NCBI GenBank assembly: GCA_044070495.1
Contig: JBIPSI010000007.1
Location: forward strand, 32,001 to 96,000
Source of the DNA: Spirulina sp.
Lineage (GTDB): Bacteria > Cyanobacteriota > Cyanobacteriia > Phormidesmidales > Phormidesmidaceae
Length of the DNA stretch: 64,000 nt
Reading direction: 5' to 3'
Shown here piece by piece: positions 8,853-18,819 of the stretch (its first letter is position 1; each line of letters starts with the position of its first letter). The notes beneath the pieces are model-generated. The model was not told the DNA's origin. It saw nothing but the letters and a program-made list of their open reading frames with translations, and ran no database searches. The translations under genes and the position numbers were made by a program.

Positions 8853-11800
8853 TCATTTCAAACGTTTGTCGTAAAGTCTTCCGTGGCGTTCTTTCTCAAT
8901 CATCAATCGTTGCCGCATCCTGTAATAAACTTCCTGGGCTAGTTGTTCCAAAGCCCAGGATTTGTCGGCATTATCTTTCGGTGCACGATTCTGATTTGCC
9001 TCAATGGTTGTGAACGGTGTATCCTCCTTAGCTTGAATCAGAAAACTGGGCTGAGACAAATCCGAATGAGCAGTATTTTGGGTTTGAATGGCAGGTGGAT
9101 TACGAAATTTGAGGACAGGCTTAGTACGGGAAATAGAGAGTCTTCGCTGAATTGACGTGGTTGATAATGGCGATGACGTCGTTAGGGGTATAGAAGATAC
9201 GGTTGGCGAGGTCTCTACGATTTCCTGGGATAATTTTGGCTCAGTTCTATCCCAAGTTGTTGGTTGCATTTTTGGAGAACCGTCCTGAACTTGAGATGCT
9301 ACTAAGTCTGCTAAATTTTGCCACTCTGACGGCAACACTGAGTCATTGTCATCCGCTAAACGTTGAATCATTGACGCATCCATCTGAGATGGTTGAGCCA
9401 TTTTAGATAAATCAGATTCAGATTGTTGCCTGAGCCATGACTGTTTTATAGATTCAGGATCTGTATCAGGTATTCGAGAAATTTTGTCTGTCTCAGGATG
9501 GTGGACAACGTCAGATAAATCCGCATGAGGCTGTATAGGTAGCGTTGCAATTGAAGATAACTGAATTCCAGCTATATCTAAATTATGTTGACTTTGTGCA
9601 GCATTAGTGACGACAAAAACGCCTTGATTTTGATCAGAGCTTTGGTCATATTTTAGCGGCAATTCTATCTCTATTTCTCGACGAATTGAAGTATCTTTTT
9701 CCAAGCCATTTTCAATTATTTGCTGATTAACTTCAGGCTTTCTTTGAAGCGATCTAGGTGGAGACTGAAAATCCATCAGAATGGGCAAGTTTTCATGGTC
9801 TTTAGAATTTTTTTGCAAGCCTATATCTTGTGAAGAAGCAAGGTTTTCTGGCCAAGTTGGTAATGGTTTAACGGTCCCATGGATGACTGTATGCTGATCC
9901 AAGTGCTTATTTATGTTTTGTTCTTGGGCAGCACTAGCACCTACAATCATTGGGTTTGTGGCGTTGATTGCTGACACATTACGTTCTAAGGAGTTGTCTA
10001 ATGCCAAGTCCTCCGACTTCAAGAGGCGGCTAGACGGTGACCCTAAAGCTGAATGTGTCGATTCAATGGTTGACGAAAAGCTGGAAATACCTTCACTCAA
10101 TCGCTGAATACTGTTGGCCGACGCATTTGCCGCAGAAAACAGATCCCCAGGGTTTAGTGCATTTACGGCAAATATTGATGTAGCACTGGATGGGATAGTG
10201 CGATCTCCAAAACGAGATATCGAAGTATCTTGAGTAGATGATTGTTCTTGATTAGAACTTTGGAGATTTTCATTTTCTGAAAATTCAGGATTCGTAGTTG
10301 ACAGACTTGTTAAATTATCAAAATGGCTAGCGTGTGTTCTCTGAATATTTTGGAAAGATACGTTCTGAAACTGTGGCAGCCTGTCAGCGGCAATAGAATC
10401 TACTAAAGGCGTTTTTTCTTCGGTTTCACCATCTGTTGAGAAAAAAGGATTGATCTCGTTAACTCGCTGAATTTGACTAGGAAGTACAGCTTTAGTCATC
10501 GAGATCACCATAGGATGGTGATTAACTACTTGAGCATTGACAGCGACAGTTCCTGCGTCAAAGCCTTGAACGTCAGGCGTTTGAATATTGTGGGGCTGAA
10601 CGCTCTCGAAATTGGATAGGGAGTCAGCAGAATATAGCCTAGTTGAAGATATTATATCTGGCTCAACAACATCCTTGTTTTCGCTATTTTTTTGAATGAT
10701 ATCTGGTAGCAAATCTTCGGAGTTAGGTCGGCCAGCAAGATAAGCTTGACTAGATTCTTGAACAGCTTCGGAGGAGTTATCCACAACCGTAGGCCATAAA
10801 TCAGACCTTGGGGTAGATGCCGCTGGTGAGGATATCGAACTGACTGGAGTGCTCGACTTTGTATCGCGTGATAGTTGAATAGTATTAGATGGCGTGTCGT
10901 TATATTTTGGCAGTATTTCAGGACTGAGAAAAGATGTAAGAGACGGAGATAAGTGGTCTAAAGAAAGGTTTGGATCAGGATCTCTGTGGAGTTGGATCCT
11001 CTCTAGAGAAAGAGCTTTATCACTGGAAGAGATTTGCTGACCTCGCTGAATAACAGTATGATTTTGTGAAAGTTTAGACGAGGATCCGAGATCTAGTGAG
11101 GTCAGTTCATTTTCTGATCCGATAACGCTAATTTGCTGATCAACAGGTAGCTTTATCGGGTCAGATATAATAGGTGAAAAAAAAGTAGAATATCTTTCAG
11201 GATACTTTTGAACTTTATCAAAGGTTTTTCCTTCAATACTCGACAGAAATTCAGGTGATAAATCCGCACTCAAAGTGTTAGATTTATTATCTCCAGGGTC
11301 AACATCATTTTCCTCGTTGGTCTTCTGAATCTGTTTTAGGAATGAGCCTTCAATACCAACTAAAGGTTCGGATTCTGATCCCTCAGATACTGAAATTGGT
11401 GCCGAAGATATAGAAGATAAATCTTCTGAGATGGTCGATTCCTCTCCATGGAATTTCTGAACTTTATTAAATAATGGTGATTCAGCGTTTAATGTAGGCT
11501 GACTATCTAAGGATGCGTCCTTAGATATCGTACCAGACAGGAAATCTACATGGTCTGAGGACGTATCGCCAGAATCTTTTTCGTCCTGAGATAATGTTTC
11601 TTGATGATCAGTGAAAGATTTAAATTCTGAAGATGGAGTTGCAGGGATAGATGAATTATCTATTGAGGAAAGGCCGCTTTCTCCATTAACTTTATTAATT
11701 GGATTAGGAGGTGAAATCTGAAGATTAGATACAGCCTTGGGAATGGAATGTGGTGTTGAAGATTCAGGATAGCCATCCAGAGGAGCCGTAGAGTCTTGCT

Positions 11801-14800
11801 CGACAGTTCTCTGTATTGGCTGATCGGATATGTTTCCAATATCTGTTTGAAGCTCAAATCCAAAGTCTAACTTTGAAGATGTGGATAGATTATTTATTAG
11901 GAAGTTAGTATTTTCTTCAAAAGCATTCTGAATTTGCCTGTCTGAACTTGCTTTAAGACGAGCAGGCTCTTGAAAGGTTGACGTTGTTAATTCAGCCTCA
12001 GATAGGGTATCTGCCGAAGAAGGTATATTGTCATCGGCTACTCTCTGAATTGGATAAGATACCTCCCCCTCAATATGATTTCGCAATTGAGGCTCTAGCG
12101 CTTTAGGTTCAGACACGGGAATATTATTGTTCGAGGAGATAATATCATCCTCGGCCATGCTCTGACTCTGACCCGAGGAGATATCTCTAAGATCTCTGGT
12201 TGGTTCAGCACCTAAATTGAGATCAGATACTAAATCAGATTTAGGTGCAAATTCTATATTTGTGAGAGAATGATCTGCTTGACTAGTTCTTTGAGTCTGT
12301 TCAGGGGATGTATTCTCAGGGATAATGACAGGTTTTGCATCTAAGTTTATGGTTGCAGACAAAGATTCTACGATTGTTGGGTTCGGGAAACTTTCTTCGT
12401 TAGACTCCTGAAGGTTATTGGGCGATGATAGTTCAATATCCGTTGGGGTTTCACGAGCTAAGTTGTCTGACTGATATGTAAGGTTTGTGTCCGTTGAGAA
12501 TGTTGAACTACTTTCGCTAGACTTCTGAATTTGCTCAGGTATTGATCCCTCAATAATAGGTTGTGTTTTAGTCGATAAGGTTTCTACCGTTGTCTCAGAT
12601 GCCACATTAGCTAAAAATTCGGGGTAGTTCCCCTCCATTATCGGAATAGACGGGGAGGATAGGTTTTCAGCAGCGCCTAAGGCCTGAGGTTCTAAGGCTG
12701 GGATTGTAGGTATAGGCCCTGAATCTCCTACGGATGCAGTGCTTTCCTCACGCATTGTTTGATTCTGATCGAATGACAGCGCATCAAGATTTATTGGAGG
12801 GTTATTAACAAAATTCTCTAGATTATGTGCAGAGGCTATATCTGTTGAGGATGTGGAAAGGCTTTCATTGGCTTTCTGAATCTGCTTAGGTGCTGCCTCC
12901 TCGATATCTACAGGCGTTTGAGTAAGAGGTGTTGTTGCAGAAGCAGAGACTATCTCCGTTTTTTCAACGGAGATTTCTTCACTGGCCCTTTGCAATTGAT
13001 CAGGCAATGCTTCTTTAATGTGTGGTTGTTCGCTAATAACTAGATTTGTCGTTTGGAACGCAGAATTTATATTTCCGGTAAACGTAGATCTTGCCTCATC
13101 AAATTTCTGAATCTGTTCAGGTATGAGTGTCTCGATGTCAGAATGAGTTTTGGACAATGAAGCTTCTGTAGTTAACTTAATTATGGCATTTGTCGAGGAT
13201 ATAGGATTATCCTCATTAACCTTTTGAATTGGGCTGGATGACACCTCTTCAGCAGCGGCTAGAGGTTGAGATTCTAAGGCCTTGATTTCAGGGATGGGTG
13301 CTGCATTCGTGGGTGGCATAGAGCTTGCTTCACGAATGGTCTGACTCTGCTCGAATGATGATACCTGATCAATATAGACTAGAGGTTCATCAACGAGATT
13401 CTCTGAATTATGTGTAAAGGCTAGATCTGTCGAGGATGTCAAACTATTTTCATCAGCTTTCTGAATCTGCGTAGGTACTACTTTCTCGATATCTAAGGGC
13501 ATTTTAGGCGGTAGATAGGCTGTCGTTGAAGTAGAGGCTGTATCTATTGAGGGTACAGACTCTATATCCCTTGCAGGCACAGAATTTTCCTCACCAGTCC
13601 TCTGCACCTGTCCAGGCAGTGTACTTTGGGCACGAGTCGAAATCTCCGTATCTAAGGATGCGTCTACCAAGGGAGATGCTGTATCGGTGGAGGCAATAGC
13701 ATCGACCTCGATCTCTTGTTGTGGTTGCCCTAGCAAAAAAGATTCAGTATTTTGAGACGTTGCGGTTTTAAGTAGTTGTATCGTAGGCGTGGATAAGGAC
13801 TCTGCTGACAATGTTGAGCCTTCTTCCCTATCTCTCTGGATCGACACAGCCGATGGATCTTCAATATCTATTGAAGATGTAGATGTTAAGACATCTGCTG
13901 CGGAAGAAGAGGTTTTCTCTGTGGAGATGCGAGTATTTCTTTCGCTATGATCCTGGGATTCTTGATAGGATAGTTGCTCTCTCTCAGAGACGTTTTCAGG
14001 ATCTGGCGATTTTTGCGTAGAGGATGATGGGCCGTCTGCAATCAATTCAGCACGACTCTCACTGGATCTTTGAATCTTTTGAGAGACTGAATCACTAGCT
14101 CTCAATGAAATTTCAGGAAATGCCGGATTCTGCGCAGAGAATGGTGTGCCCTCTGACAGCAAAAGACTACTTCTTTTAATAGAGCCTTGACTAAGGTCAG
14201 GAGCCAAGTTTTTAGGGGCCAAGTCTTCGCTCCTGATTAAAGCTTCATCGTTAACGGATTCTATATCCAAGTCTGATGCGTTGACGACAGAAGCCGTTGG
14301 GTTGCTTTCGCTAGCCCTTTGAATAGGCGTAATTTCTGCTAGCACTGTTTCAGGAAAATCGGTAGAGATTGGGGAATTTTCTATATGTTCTAGCCCCATC
14401 TCCGTGGGGAAAGCAGCACTGCTCTCAGTGACACCATGGGAATGTTGTGGGGCTGAAGGTTCTGATTGGATTAGATTAGGCTTAAATAGAATTTCTGATC
14501 GTTGTAAATCGGCATGGATAAATGGTTCAGCTTCTGTTGTTTCCGGTAATAAGTTTGTCACCTCGGCCATGCCACTATCCATCATTTGCTGGGGCTGAAG
14601 TGGCGCAGGCGGTGTAGAGAAATCGACGATGACAGGCAAATTTTCGTGACTTGGCGGAGTATGGGCTGGCATCCCCGGCGTGGGGCTAATTCTAGTTGTC
14701 GGTTGGGATGTGGAAGCCTCTGTTGGAGTAACATTCTTGGCCTGAATAGCCTGGGCAGATGTAACGGTATTTTCAGTAAAGAGATTACGAGAAATTTGAG

Positions 14801-16028
14801 GTTGATTCGCTGTTGATGTATGACTGCCTGAAACTGATGTATGTCTCTCTTCAGTATTTGGAGAAGATTCTAGATTTTGCCCTTCCTTCGGACTGTGGGA
14901 AATATTACCCTGGACATCTTCATTCACCTTGACGTTCGGTCGCTTTACTCCGAGGACGTTATTCTCCTGGTCGCTACTCTCTGGAGAAGAGAGTCTTTGA
15001 ACAGAGAAATTGTCAGGGTTCGATTTAAGAGTGCTCAAATCAGAAAATATGGGCTTAGATTCTACGACAATGGCTTGCTTGTCAACCGAATCCTGAGAGT
15101 CTAACATGGAATTAGGCAGGGATTTTCCTGACCGCAACTCCTGGGATAATACGCCGTTCTCGACAATATTAGCCTGACTGTCTAGCGCTGATTGGATCGC
15201 ATTGCTATCCGGAATAATAGCTTGTGAAAAAGTGCGATTATCTAGGTCAAAAGATGTATTTAAATTGGCAGAAGAAGGCCACGTGTTTTCTGGAATGACG
15301 CGATCTTCTGCACTATTTCTTTGGATTATGTTATTGTCGGAGGTGTTTATTGCTTTGGGCAGACTGCTACCTGATGTAGAACTTCCCAGGAAAGTACGTT
15401 CCTGAGAAATTTCCCCCTCGGGAAATATGGTTTTAGATGTTGTCTCCTCTAAATTAATGTTGAGGGAAAGCTTGTGATTTTGAATAATCTCATCGTCAGG
15501 ATTTATCGCAGCCTTAGGTTGGATAGGTGCCGACGCAGGAGCGTCTATCTCAGGGCGCTTTTGGATAACTAACGGTTCAGAGGTTAAGACAACTTTAGGG
15601 GCAAGGTTTTCTGTCCTAATATCCTCTGAAAAGATATTACTTGGGGGCGATAAATTCTTAGGATTTGAGGTAAAAATAGAGGGTTTATGTTCTGAAGTAC
15701 TATCCTCTGACAAGGATTGTGTTTGAATCGGATAAGGCTTAACGTTAGAGAGATGACTTTGAGGTGACGTGCTCGCCGTTGGGGAAAATCCTTGATGAAA
15801 AAGTGGATCTGAGACAGATGATGATGCAAATTCAGTATTCTCTGGAGAGAATTGTCTGTGAAGCTGAGCAGCCTCGCTAGGTGAAGTAACTTCTTCTTCA
15901 ATGGGGTCAATGTCGGGCAAGCCAGCGGGGAAAAAATAGGCTAGATTTAACACCCCCAAGGAATGTGCCCCTAGGGGCTGGTGGTGTCCTAGGGGTTGGT
16001 TTGCAGAGACCAGGAGAGAATCGACCAT
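8853..16028 (-). CDS. 2391-aa S/T/P/E-rich low-complexity CIS-associated protein with repeated [IVL]Q[RK] motifs (tape-measure/cargo-like)
   Basis: Long uninterrupted ORF in the tail operon; C-terminal 'LEQLAQEVYYRMRQRLMIEKERHG' helix typical of CIS-locus proteins. Confidence 0.7.
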   Translation of the reverse strand: MVDSLLVSANQPLGHHQPLGAHSLGVLNLAYFFPAGLPDIDPIEEEVTSPSEAAQLHRQFSPENTEFASSSVSDPLFHQGFSPTASTSPQSHLSNVKPYPIQTQSLSEDSTSEHKPSIFTSNPKNLSPPSNIFSEDIRTENLAPKVVLTSEPLVIQKRPEIDAPASAPIQPKAAINPDDEIIQNHKLSLNINLEETTSKTIFPEGEISQERTFLGSSTSGSSLPKAINTSDNNIIQRNSAEDRVIPENTWPSSANLNTSFDLDNRTFSQAIIPDSNAIQSALDSQANIVENGVLSQELRSGKSLPNSMLDSQDSVDKQAIVVESKPIFSDLSTLKSNPDNFSVQRLSSPESSDQENNVLGVKRPNVKVNEDVQGNISHSPKEGQNLESSPNTEERHTSVSGSHTSTANQPQISRNLFTENTVTSAQAIQAKNVTPTEASTSQPTTRISPTPGMPAHTPPSHENLPVIVDFSTPPAPLQPQQMMDSGMAEVTNLLPETTEAEPFIHADLQRSEILFKPNLIQSEPSAPQHSHGVTESSAAFPTEMGLEHIENSPISTDFPETVLAEITPIQRASESNPTASVVNASDLDIESVNDEALIRSEDLAPKNLAPDLSQGSIKRSSLLLSEGTPFSAQNPAFPEISLRASDSVSQKIQRSSESRAELIADGPSSSTQKSPDPENVSEREQLSYQESQDHSERNTRISTEKTSSSAADVLTSTSSIDIEDPSAVSIQRDREEGSTLSAESLSTPTIQLLKTATSQNTESFLLGQPQQEIEVDAIASTDTASPLVDASLDTEISTRAQSTLPGQVQRTGEENSVPARDIESVPSIDTASTSTTAYLPPKMPLDIEKVVPTQIQKADENSLTSSTDLAFTHNSENLVDEPLVYIDQVSSFEQSQTIREASSMPPTNAAPIPEIKALESQPLAAAEEVSSSPIQKVNEDNPISSTNAIIKLTTEASLSKTHSDIETLIPEQIQKFDEARSTFTGNINSAFQTTNLVISEQPHIKEALPDQLQRASEEISVEKTEIVSASATTPLTQTPVDIEEAAPKQIQKANESLSTSSTDIASAHNLENFVNNPPINLDALSFDQNQTMREESTASVGDSGPIPTIPALEPQALGAAENLSSPSIPIMEGNYPEFLANVASETTVETLSTKTQPIIEGSIPEQIQKSSESSSTFSTDTNLTYQSDNLARETPTDIELSSPNNLQESNEESFPNPTIVESLSATINLDAKPVIIPENTSPEQTQRTSQADHSLTNIEFAPKSDLVSDLNLGAEPTRDLRDISSGQSQSMAEDDIISSNNNIPVSEPKALEPQLRNHIEGEVSYPIQRVADDNIPSSADTLSEAELTTSTFQEPARLKASSDRQIQNAFEENTNFLINNLSTSSKLDFGFELQTDIGNISDQPIQRTVEQDSTAPLDGYPESSTPHSIPKAVSNLQISPPNPINKVNGESGLSSIDNSSIPATPSSEFKSFTDHQETLSQDEKDSGDTSSDHVDFLSGTISKDASLDSQPTLNAESPLFNKVQKFHGEESTISEDLSSISSAPISVSEGSESEPLVGIEGSFLKQIQKTNEENDVDPGDNKSNTLSADLSPEFLSSIEGKTFDKVQKYPERYSTFFSPIISDPIKLPVDQQISVIGSENELTSLDLGSSSKLSQNHTVIQRGQQISSSDKALSLERIQLHRDPDPNLSLDHLSPSLTSFLSPEILPKYNDTPSNTIQLSRDTKSSTPVSSISSPAASTPRSDLWPTVVDNSSEAVQESSQAYLAGRPNSEDLLPDIIQKNSENKDVVEPDIISSTRLYSADSLSNFESVQPHNIQTPDVQGFDAGTVAVNAQVVNHHPMVISMTKAVLPSQIQRVNEINPFFSTDGETEEKTPLVDSIAADRLPQFQNVSFQNIQRTHASHFDNLTSLSTTNPEFSENENLQSSNQEQSSTQDTSISRFGDRTIPSSATSIFAVNALNPGDLFSAANASANSIQRLSEGISSFSSTIESTHSALGSPSSRLLKSEDLALDNSLERNVSAINATNPMIVGASAAQEQNINKHLDQHTVIHGTVKPLPTWPENLASSQDIGLQKNSKDHENLPILMDFQSPPRSLQRKPEVNQQIIENGLEKDTSIRREIEIELPLKYDQSSDQNQGVFVVTNAAQSQHNLDIAGIQLSSIATLPIQPHADLSDVVHHPETDKISRIPDTDPESIKQSWLRQQSESDLSKMAQPSQMDASMIQRLADDNDSVLPSEWQNLADLVASQVQDGSPKMQPTTWDRTEPKLSQEIVETSPTVSSIPLTTSSPLSTTSIQRRLSISRTKPVLKFRNPPAIQTQNTAHSDLSQPSFLIQAKEDTPFTTIEANQNRAPKDNADKSWALEQLAQEVYYRMRQRLMIEKERHGRLYDKRLK

Positions 16029-16135
16029 GGGCGGGCGTGGGACGTCCTGTAGGGGCTGGAATAAGCGGTAACTAGGAAGTTAAAAAATGAAGAAACTGAT
16101 GAACTCATTAACCCTGGGATGCATTGAGAGATGGA

Positions 16136-16693
16136 TTAATGACTAGAGAAGTAACCTGAGGAATCGCGTCGTAGATCGGTGGATGCGCCGCCACTACTTC
16201 CTTTAAAGACAACTTTTAATCCCTCATAGGCAAGGGTAAGTTCTTCGAGGGCTACAGTAGAGGAATCAGCCTGAAGGGTAGGGGCTTTCCAGCTCGTAGG
16301 AATAGCTCCAATCAGAGTCCAACACTGCATTGTTTCCCCGGATTGATTGAACACTAAAATATTGATATTGCGACGATAACTAGAAGGCGCAGTACTTCCA
16401 GATTGTTGGGCGAGAAGAGGAGAAATCCAGTTCCAGAACACGGGATCATCGCTTAGGCCACGTCGTAGTGTAACATCCGAGAATTCTGCTGGCCCCAACA
16501 GAATTCGTTGTTGTTCGTTTACGCCTCCTTCCATTAACGTTTCTTTTTTAATTTGGACACCTAGGCCGCTACACTCACTAAAGGAGGCCGTAATCTGGCT
16601 CTCTATTTCGACATAAAAATGGTTGGCCGTGACATAGTTTAGGCCAAAGGTATCGGCTCCATTTTTTGTGTTTTGGGAAGTGGTAGAGGGCAT
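16136..16693 (-). CDS. T4 gp19-like tail tube protein
   Basis: 'ASFSECSGL', 'EGGVNE', 'DVTLRRG', 'GAIPTSWKAPTLQA...VALEELTLAYE'. Confidence 0.9.
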   Translation of the reverse strand: MPSTTSQNTKNGADTFGLNYVTANHFYVEIESQITASFSECSGLGVQIKKETLMEGGVNEQQRILLGPAEFSDVTLRRGLSDDPVFWNWISPLLAQQSGSTAPSSYRRNINILVFNQSGETMQCWTLIGAIPTSWKAPTLQADSSTVALEELTLAYEGLKVVFKGSSGGASTDLRRDSSGYFSSH

Positions 16694-16695
16694 GG

Positions 16696-16750
16696 CTATT
16701 GGTTATTAGTTATTGGTTATTGGTTGTTGGTGACTAGGGATTGGGACTGG
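16696..16750. repeat. STRR-type heptamer tandem repeats (TATTGGT-like)
   Basis: ctattggttattagttattggttattggttgttggt... Confidence 0.75.
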
Positions 16751-16776
16751 GTTAACAGGCGGGATGTTCATGCGGG

Positions 16777-17019
16777 TTAGCGAGATTGTTGACGGGAGAG
16801 GTCTTGTTTGAGGAGGGCATAGACCCGGTCGCAGAGGTGCTGGAGGGCAATGGGGTCATTGAGGAGTTCGGCGGCGATCTGACCGATGGCAGCGAGGTCT
16901 TTGTTCGTGAGGGTGTCGGAGGGGGAGATGGGGGAACCTATGGGGGCGGATCCCTGGGTTGGTTCAGGAACCGCTGGGAATTGACTGGTGAGGGCTGTGG
17001 GATCGTAATGGTTAGGCAT
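16777..17019 (-). CDS. Small CIS-associated protein (80 aa)
   Basis: Lies in the operon; C-terminal 'LQHLCDRVYALLKQDLSRQQSR' resembles the C-terminal helix of the 2391-aa protein. Confidence 0.7.
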   Translation of the reverse strand: MPNHYDPTALTSQFPAVPEPTQGSAPIGSPISPSDTLTNKDLAAIGQIAAELLNDPIALQHLCDRVYALLKQDLSRQQSR

Positions 17020-17077
17020 GGGGGTTGGGTCTCGCTGGGTTTTGGTGGGGGCGTACCGCTGTATTTTCGTGCGGGGA

Positions 17078-17221
17078 TCATTGGGTGAGGTCGTTAATTT
17101 GGTCGATCCAGCGGTTGCGGTCTCGGTGTTCTAGGCTCAAAATTTCCTCCAGCGTCCAGTGAACCTGCATGGATAAAAAGGCTACCTCCGCTTGCAGGTC
17201 GGCGGCGGGGTAGCTTACCAT
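17078..17221 (-). CDS. DUF6760-like 47-aa protein MVSYPAADLQAEVAFLSMQVHWTLEEILSLEHRDRNRWIDQINDLTQ (not in the ORF track)
   Basis: Translated by hand; 'EVAFL...HW..EEIL.LEH.DR.RW' motif; overlaps the end of the chaperone gene in the -1 frame. Confidence 0.85.
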   Translation of the reverse strand: MVSYPAADLQAEVAFLSMQVHWTLEEILSLEHRDRNRWIDQINDLTQ

Positions 17222-17592
17222 TCCCCCGCCAGGGCAAGTTCCAGATTAAAAGCGTGCTGGCATTGGGGGCATTGGGCAGGAATATGGGCCTCGCCAGACT
17301 GGTTGATGCGGTTGTAGAACTCGCGCAGGTAAGACAAATCTACGGTAAATAGTTCTTCGAGCACCGTGGGCGTCAGGGTGACAAGATCGCCGAGCCGGAT
17401 GATCACCTGGGAAAGCATGACTAAATCTCCATAGCCCGGTTGAGCCTGGGCTTGGCGGTTGCGCGACACGGTGAGTTCGTCGCGGGCGGTGGCAAGGCGC
17501 ATGATCCCTTCCCGACGCAATACGCCATCGGATCCCATGAGACCACGGGGGAGTTCAAAGGGGAATTCGGTGGGGGGGAGGGGGAAGGACAT
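17215..17592 (-). CDS. Phage tail assembly chaperone-like protein
   Basis: 'FELPRGL...REGIMRLATARDE', 'LEELFTVDLSYLREFYNRIN', C-terminal CPQC; ATG at 17592 preferred over TTG at 17598. Confidence 0.85.
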   Translation of the reverse strand: MSFPLPPTEFPFELPRGLMGSDGVLRREGIMRLATARDELTVSRNRQAQAQPGYGDLVMLSQVIIRLGDLVTLTPTVLEELFTVDLSYLREFYNRINQSGEAHIPAQCPQCQHAFNLELALAGEW

Positions 17593-17597
17593 TGGCA

Positions 17598-17625
17598 AGT
17601 CGGGAGTCGGGAGTCGGGAGTCGGA
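17598..17625. repeat. STRR heptamer (AGTCGGG) x about 4
   Basis: agtcgggagtcgggagtcgggagtcgga. Confidence 0.8.
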
Positions 17626-17801
17626 AGTTAAGAGTTGATACGTTGGAGTTGGAGTATGGGAATCGAGGTTAGAAGGCGTTTGAAAAGGGTTGCCTCAGGT
17701 ACGCTTGGTCGCTAGATCGGTGTAAAACCACGGTTTTTTGACGGTTGAGGCTGACCTTGTCGGTATAACTTGGGACAAGCTTCGGCTTTTCAAACGTCCT
17801 C

Positions 17802-18260
17802 TTAGGGGGTGAGGTCGTTGATGTGGCGGTAGAAACGCTGTAGGTAGTCGAGGTCGCAGGCGAACAGGTCTTCTATCACCAGGGGCGAGACTTCGGAGAG
17901 GGTGCCGAGGCGGGTGATGACTCGCGACAGAATGAGTACCGTGGCGTAGGCGGGATTGGCCCGCACCCTAGGATCGCGCATGGGCACAATTTCGTCCATG
18001 GCCTTGGCCAGGCGCATCACCCCCCGCCGATGCCAGTTTCCGGCACTGTCTAGGTAGCCCTTGGGCAGTTCAAAAACATACTCTAGCTGAACCGATCCAG
18101 GTGGTGGCGCAGCGGTCGCGTCCATGACCGGATGGCTCGCTGCCGGATTACCCGACCCCAAATCCCCAGATACCGCAGACCCCGACGCAACCGAGGGCTG
18201 GGCCGGGGCAGACTTGACCACGGGGGGCAAGTTCAGGTTGTTGCTCATTTGCATGGCCAT
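17802..18260 (-). CDS. Second tail assembly chaperone-like protein (paralogue, lacks CxxC)
   Basis: 'FELPKGYLDSAGNWHRRGVMRLAKAMDEI', 'IEDLFACDLDYLQRFYRHIN'. Confidence 0.85.
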   Translation of the reverse strand: MAMQMSNNLNLPPVVKSAPAQPSVASGSAVSGDLGSGNPAASHPVMDATAAPPPGSVQLEYVFELPKGYLDSAGNWHRRGVMRLAKAMDEIVPMRDPRVRANPAYATVLILSRVITRLGTLSEVSPLVIEDLFACDLDYLQRFYRHINDLTP

Positions 18261-18309
18261 CGGTCACCTAGCCTTGTGGGGTTTTGCTTTGTGGGGGGTG
18301 GATTGTGTT

Positions 18310-18807
18310 TTAGGTGGGTTTGACTTCGGAGCGTTTGAGGGATTCTACGACAATTTCCATTTCTTCGATGTTAAAGTCGCCACTCTTAACATCTAGATCT
18401 GAGATTTTGTAGCGCATGGGCCAGGCCCGTTCAAAGGTGAACCGAAATTGTTCTTCTCCCGCTTGGTTGTAGATGACTAGGGATCCATCTCGTCGTTGGT
18501 CGGCCCATTGACCAGATTGCACCTTATCCAGCCAGTTCCAAAGGGTCATGGAAGTCGTGAGTCCTCGCCGCAGAGTGACGTTCGTATAGGTGGAATTGCC
18601 CGGCAGTTTAGTACGAACAACTCTTCCCTTAGTGTCGCCATTTTTGCCCCAAAGTTGGGGCGTAACTTCGCTAATTTCGATCACATCTTGGGACGCCTGA
18701 AAGCCACTGCAATCCATAAAAATTCCATCCACGCTGTCGATGCTACCATCGAGCTTAATCTCTAGGTAGAACCGAGCACTGGTGAGAAGTTCTGGAAAGT
18801 TTGGCAT
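18310..18807 (-). CDS. T4 gp19-like tail tube protein
   Basis: 'FMDCSGF', 'KLPG', 'NVTLRRG', 'RRDGSLVIYNQAGEEQFRFTFERAWP'. Confidence 0.9.
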   Translation of the reverse strand: MPNFPELLTSARFYLEIKLDGSIDSVDGIFMDCSGFQASQDVIEISEVTPQLWGKNGDTKGRVVRTKLPGNSTYTNVTLRRGLTTSMTLWNWLDKVQSGQWADQRRDGSLVIYNQAGEEQFRFTFERAWPMRYKISDLDVKSGDFNIEEMEIVVESLKRSEVKPT

Positions 18808-18819
18808 AACTTAAGTTCC

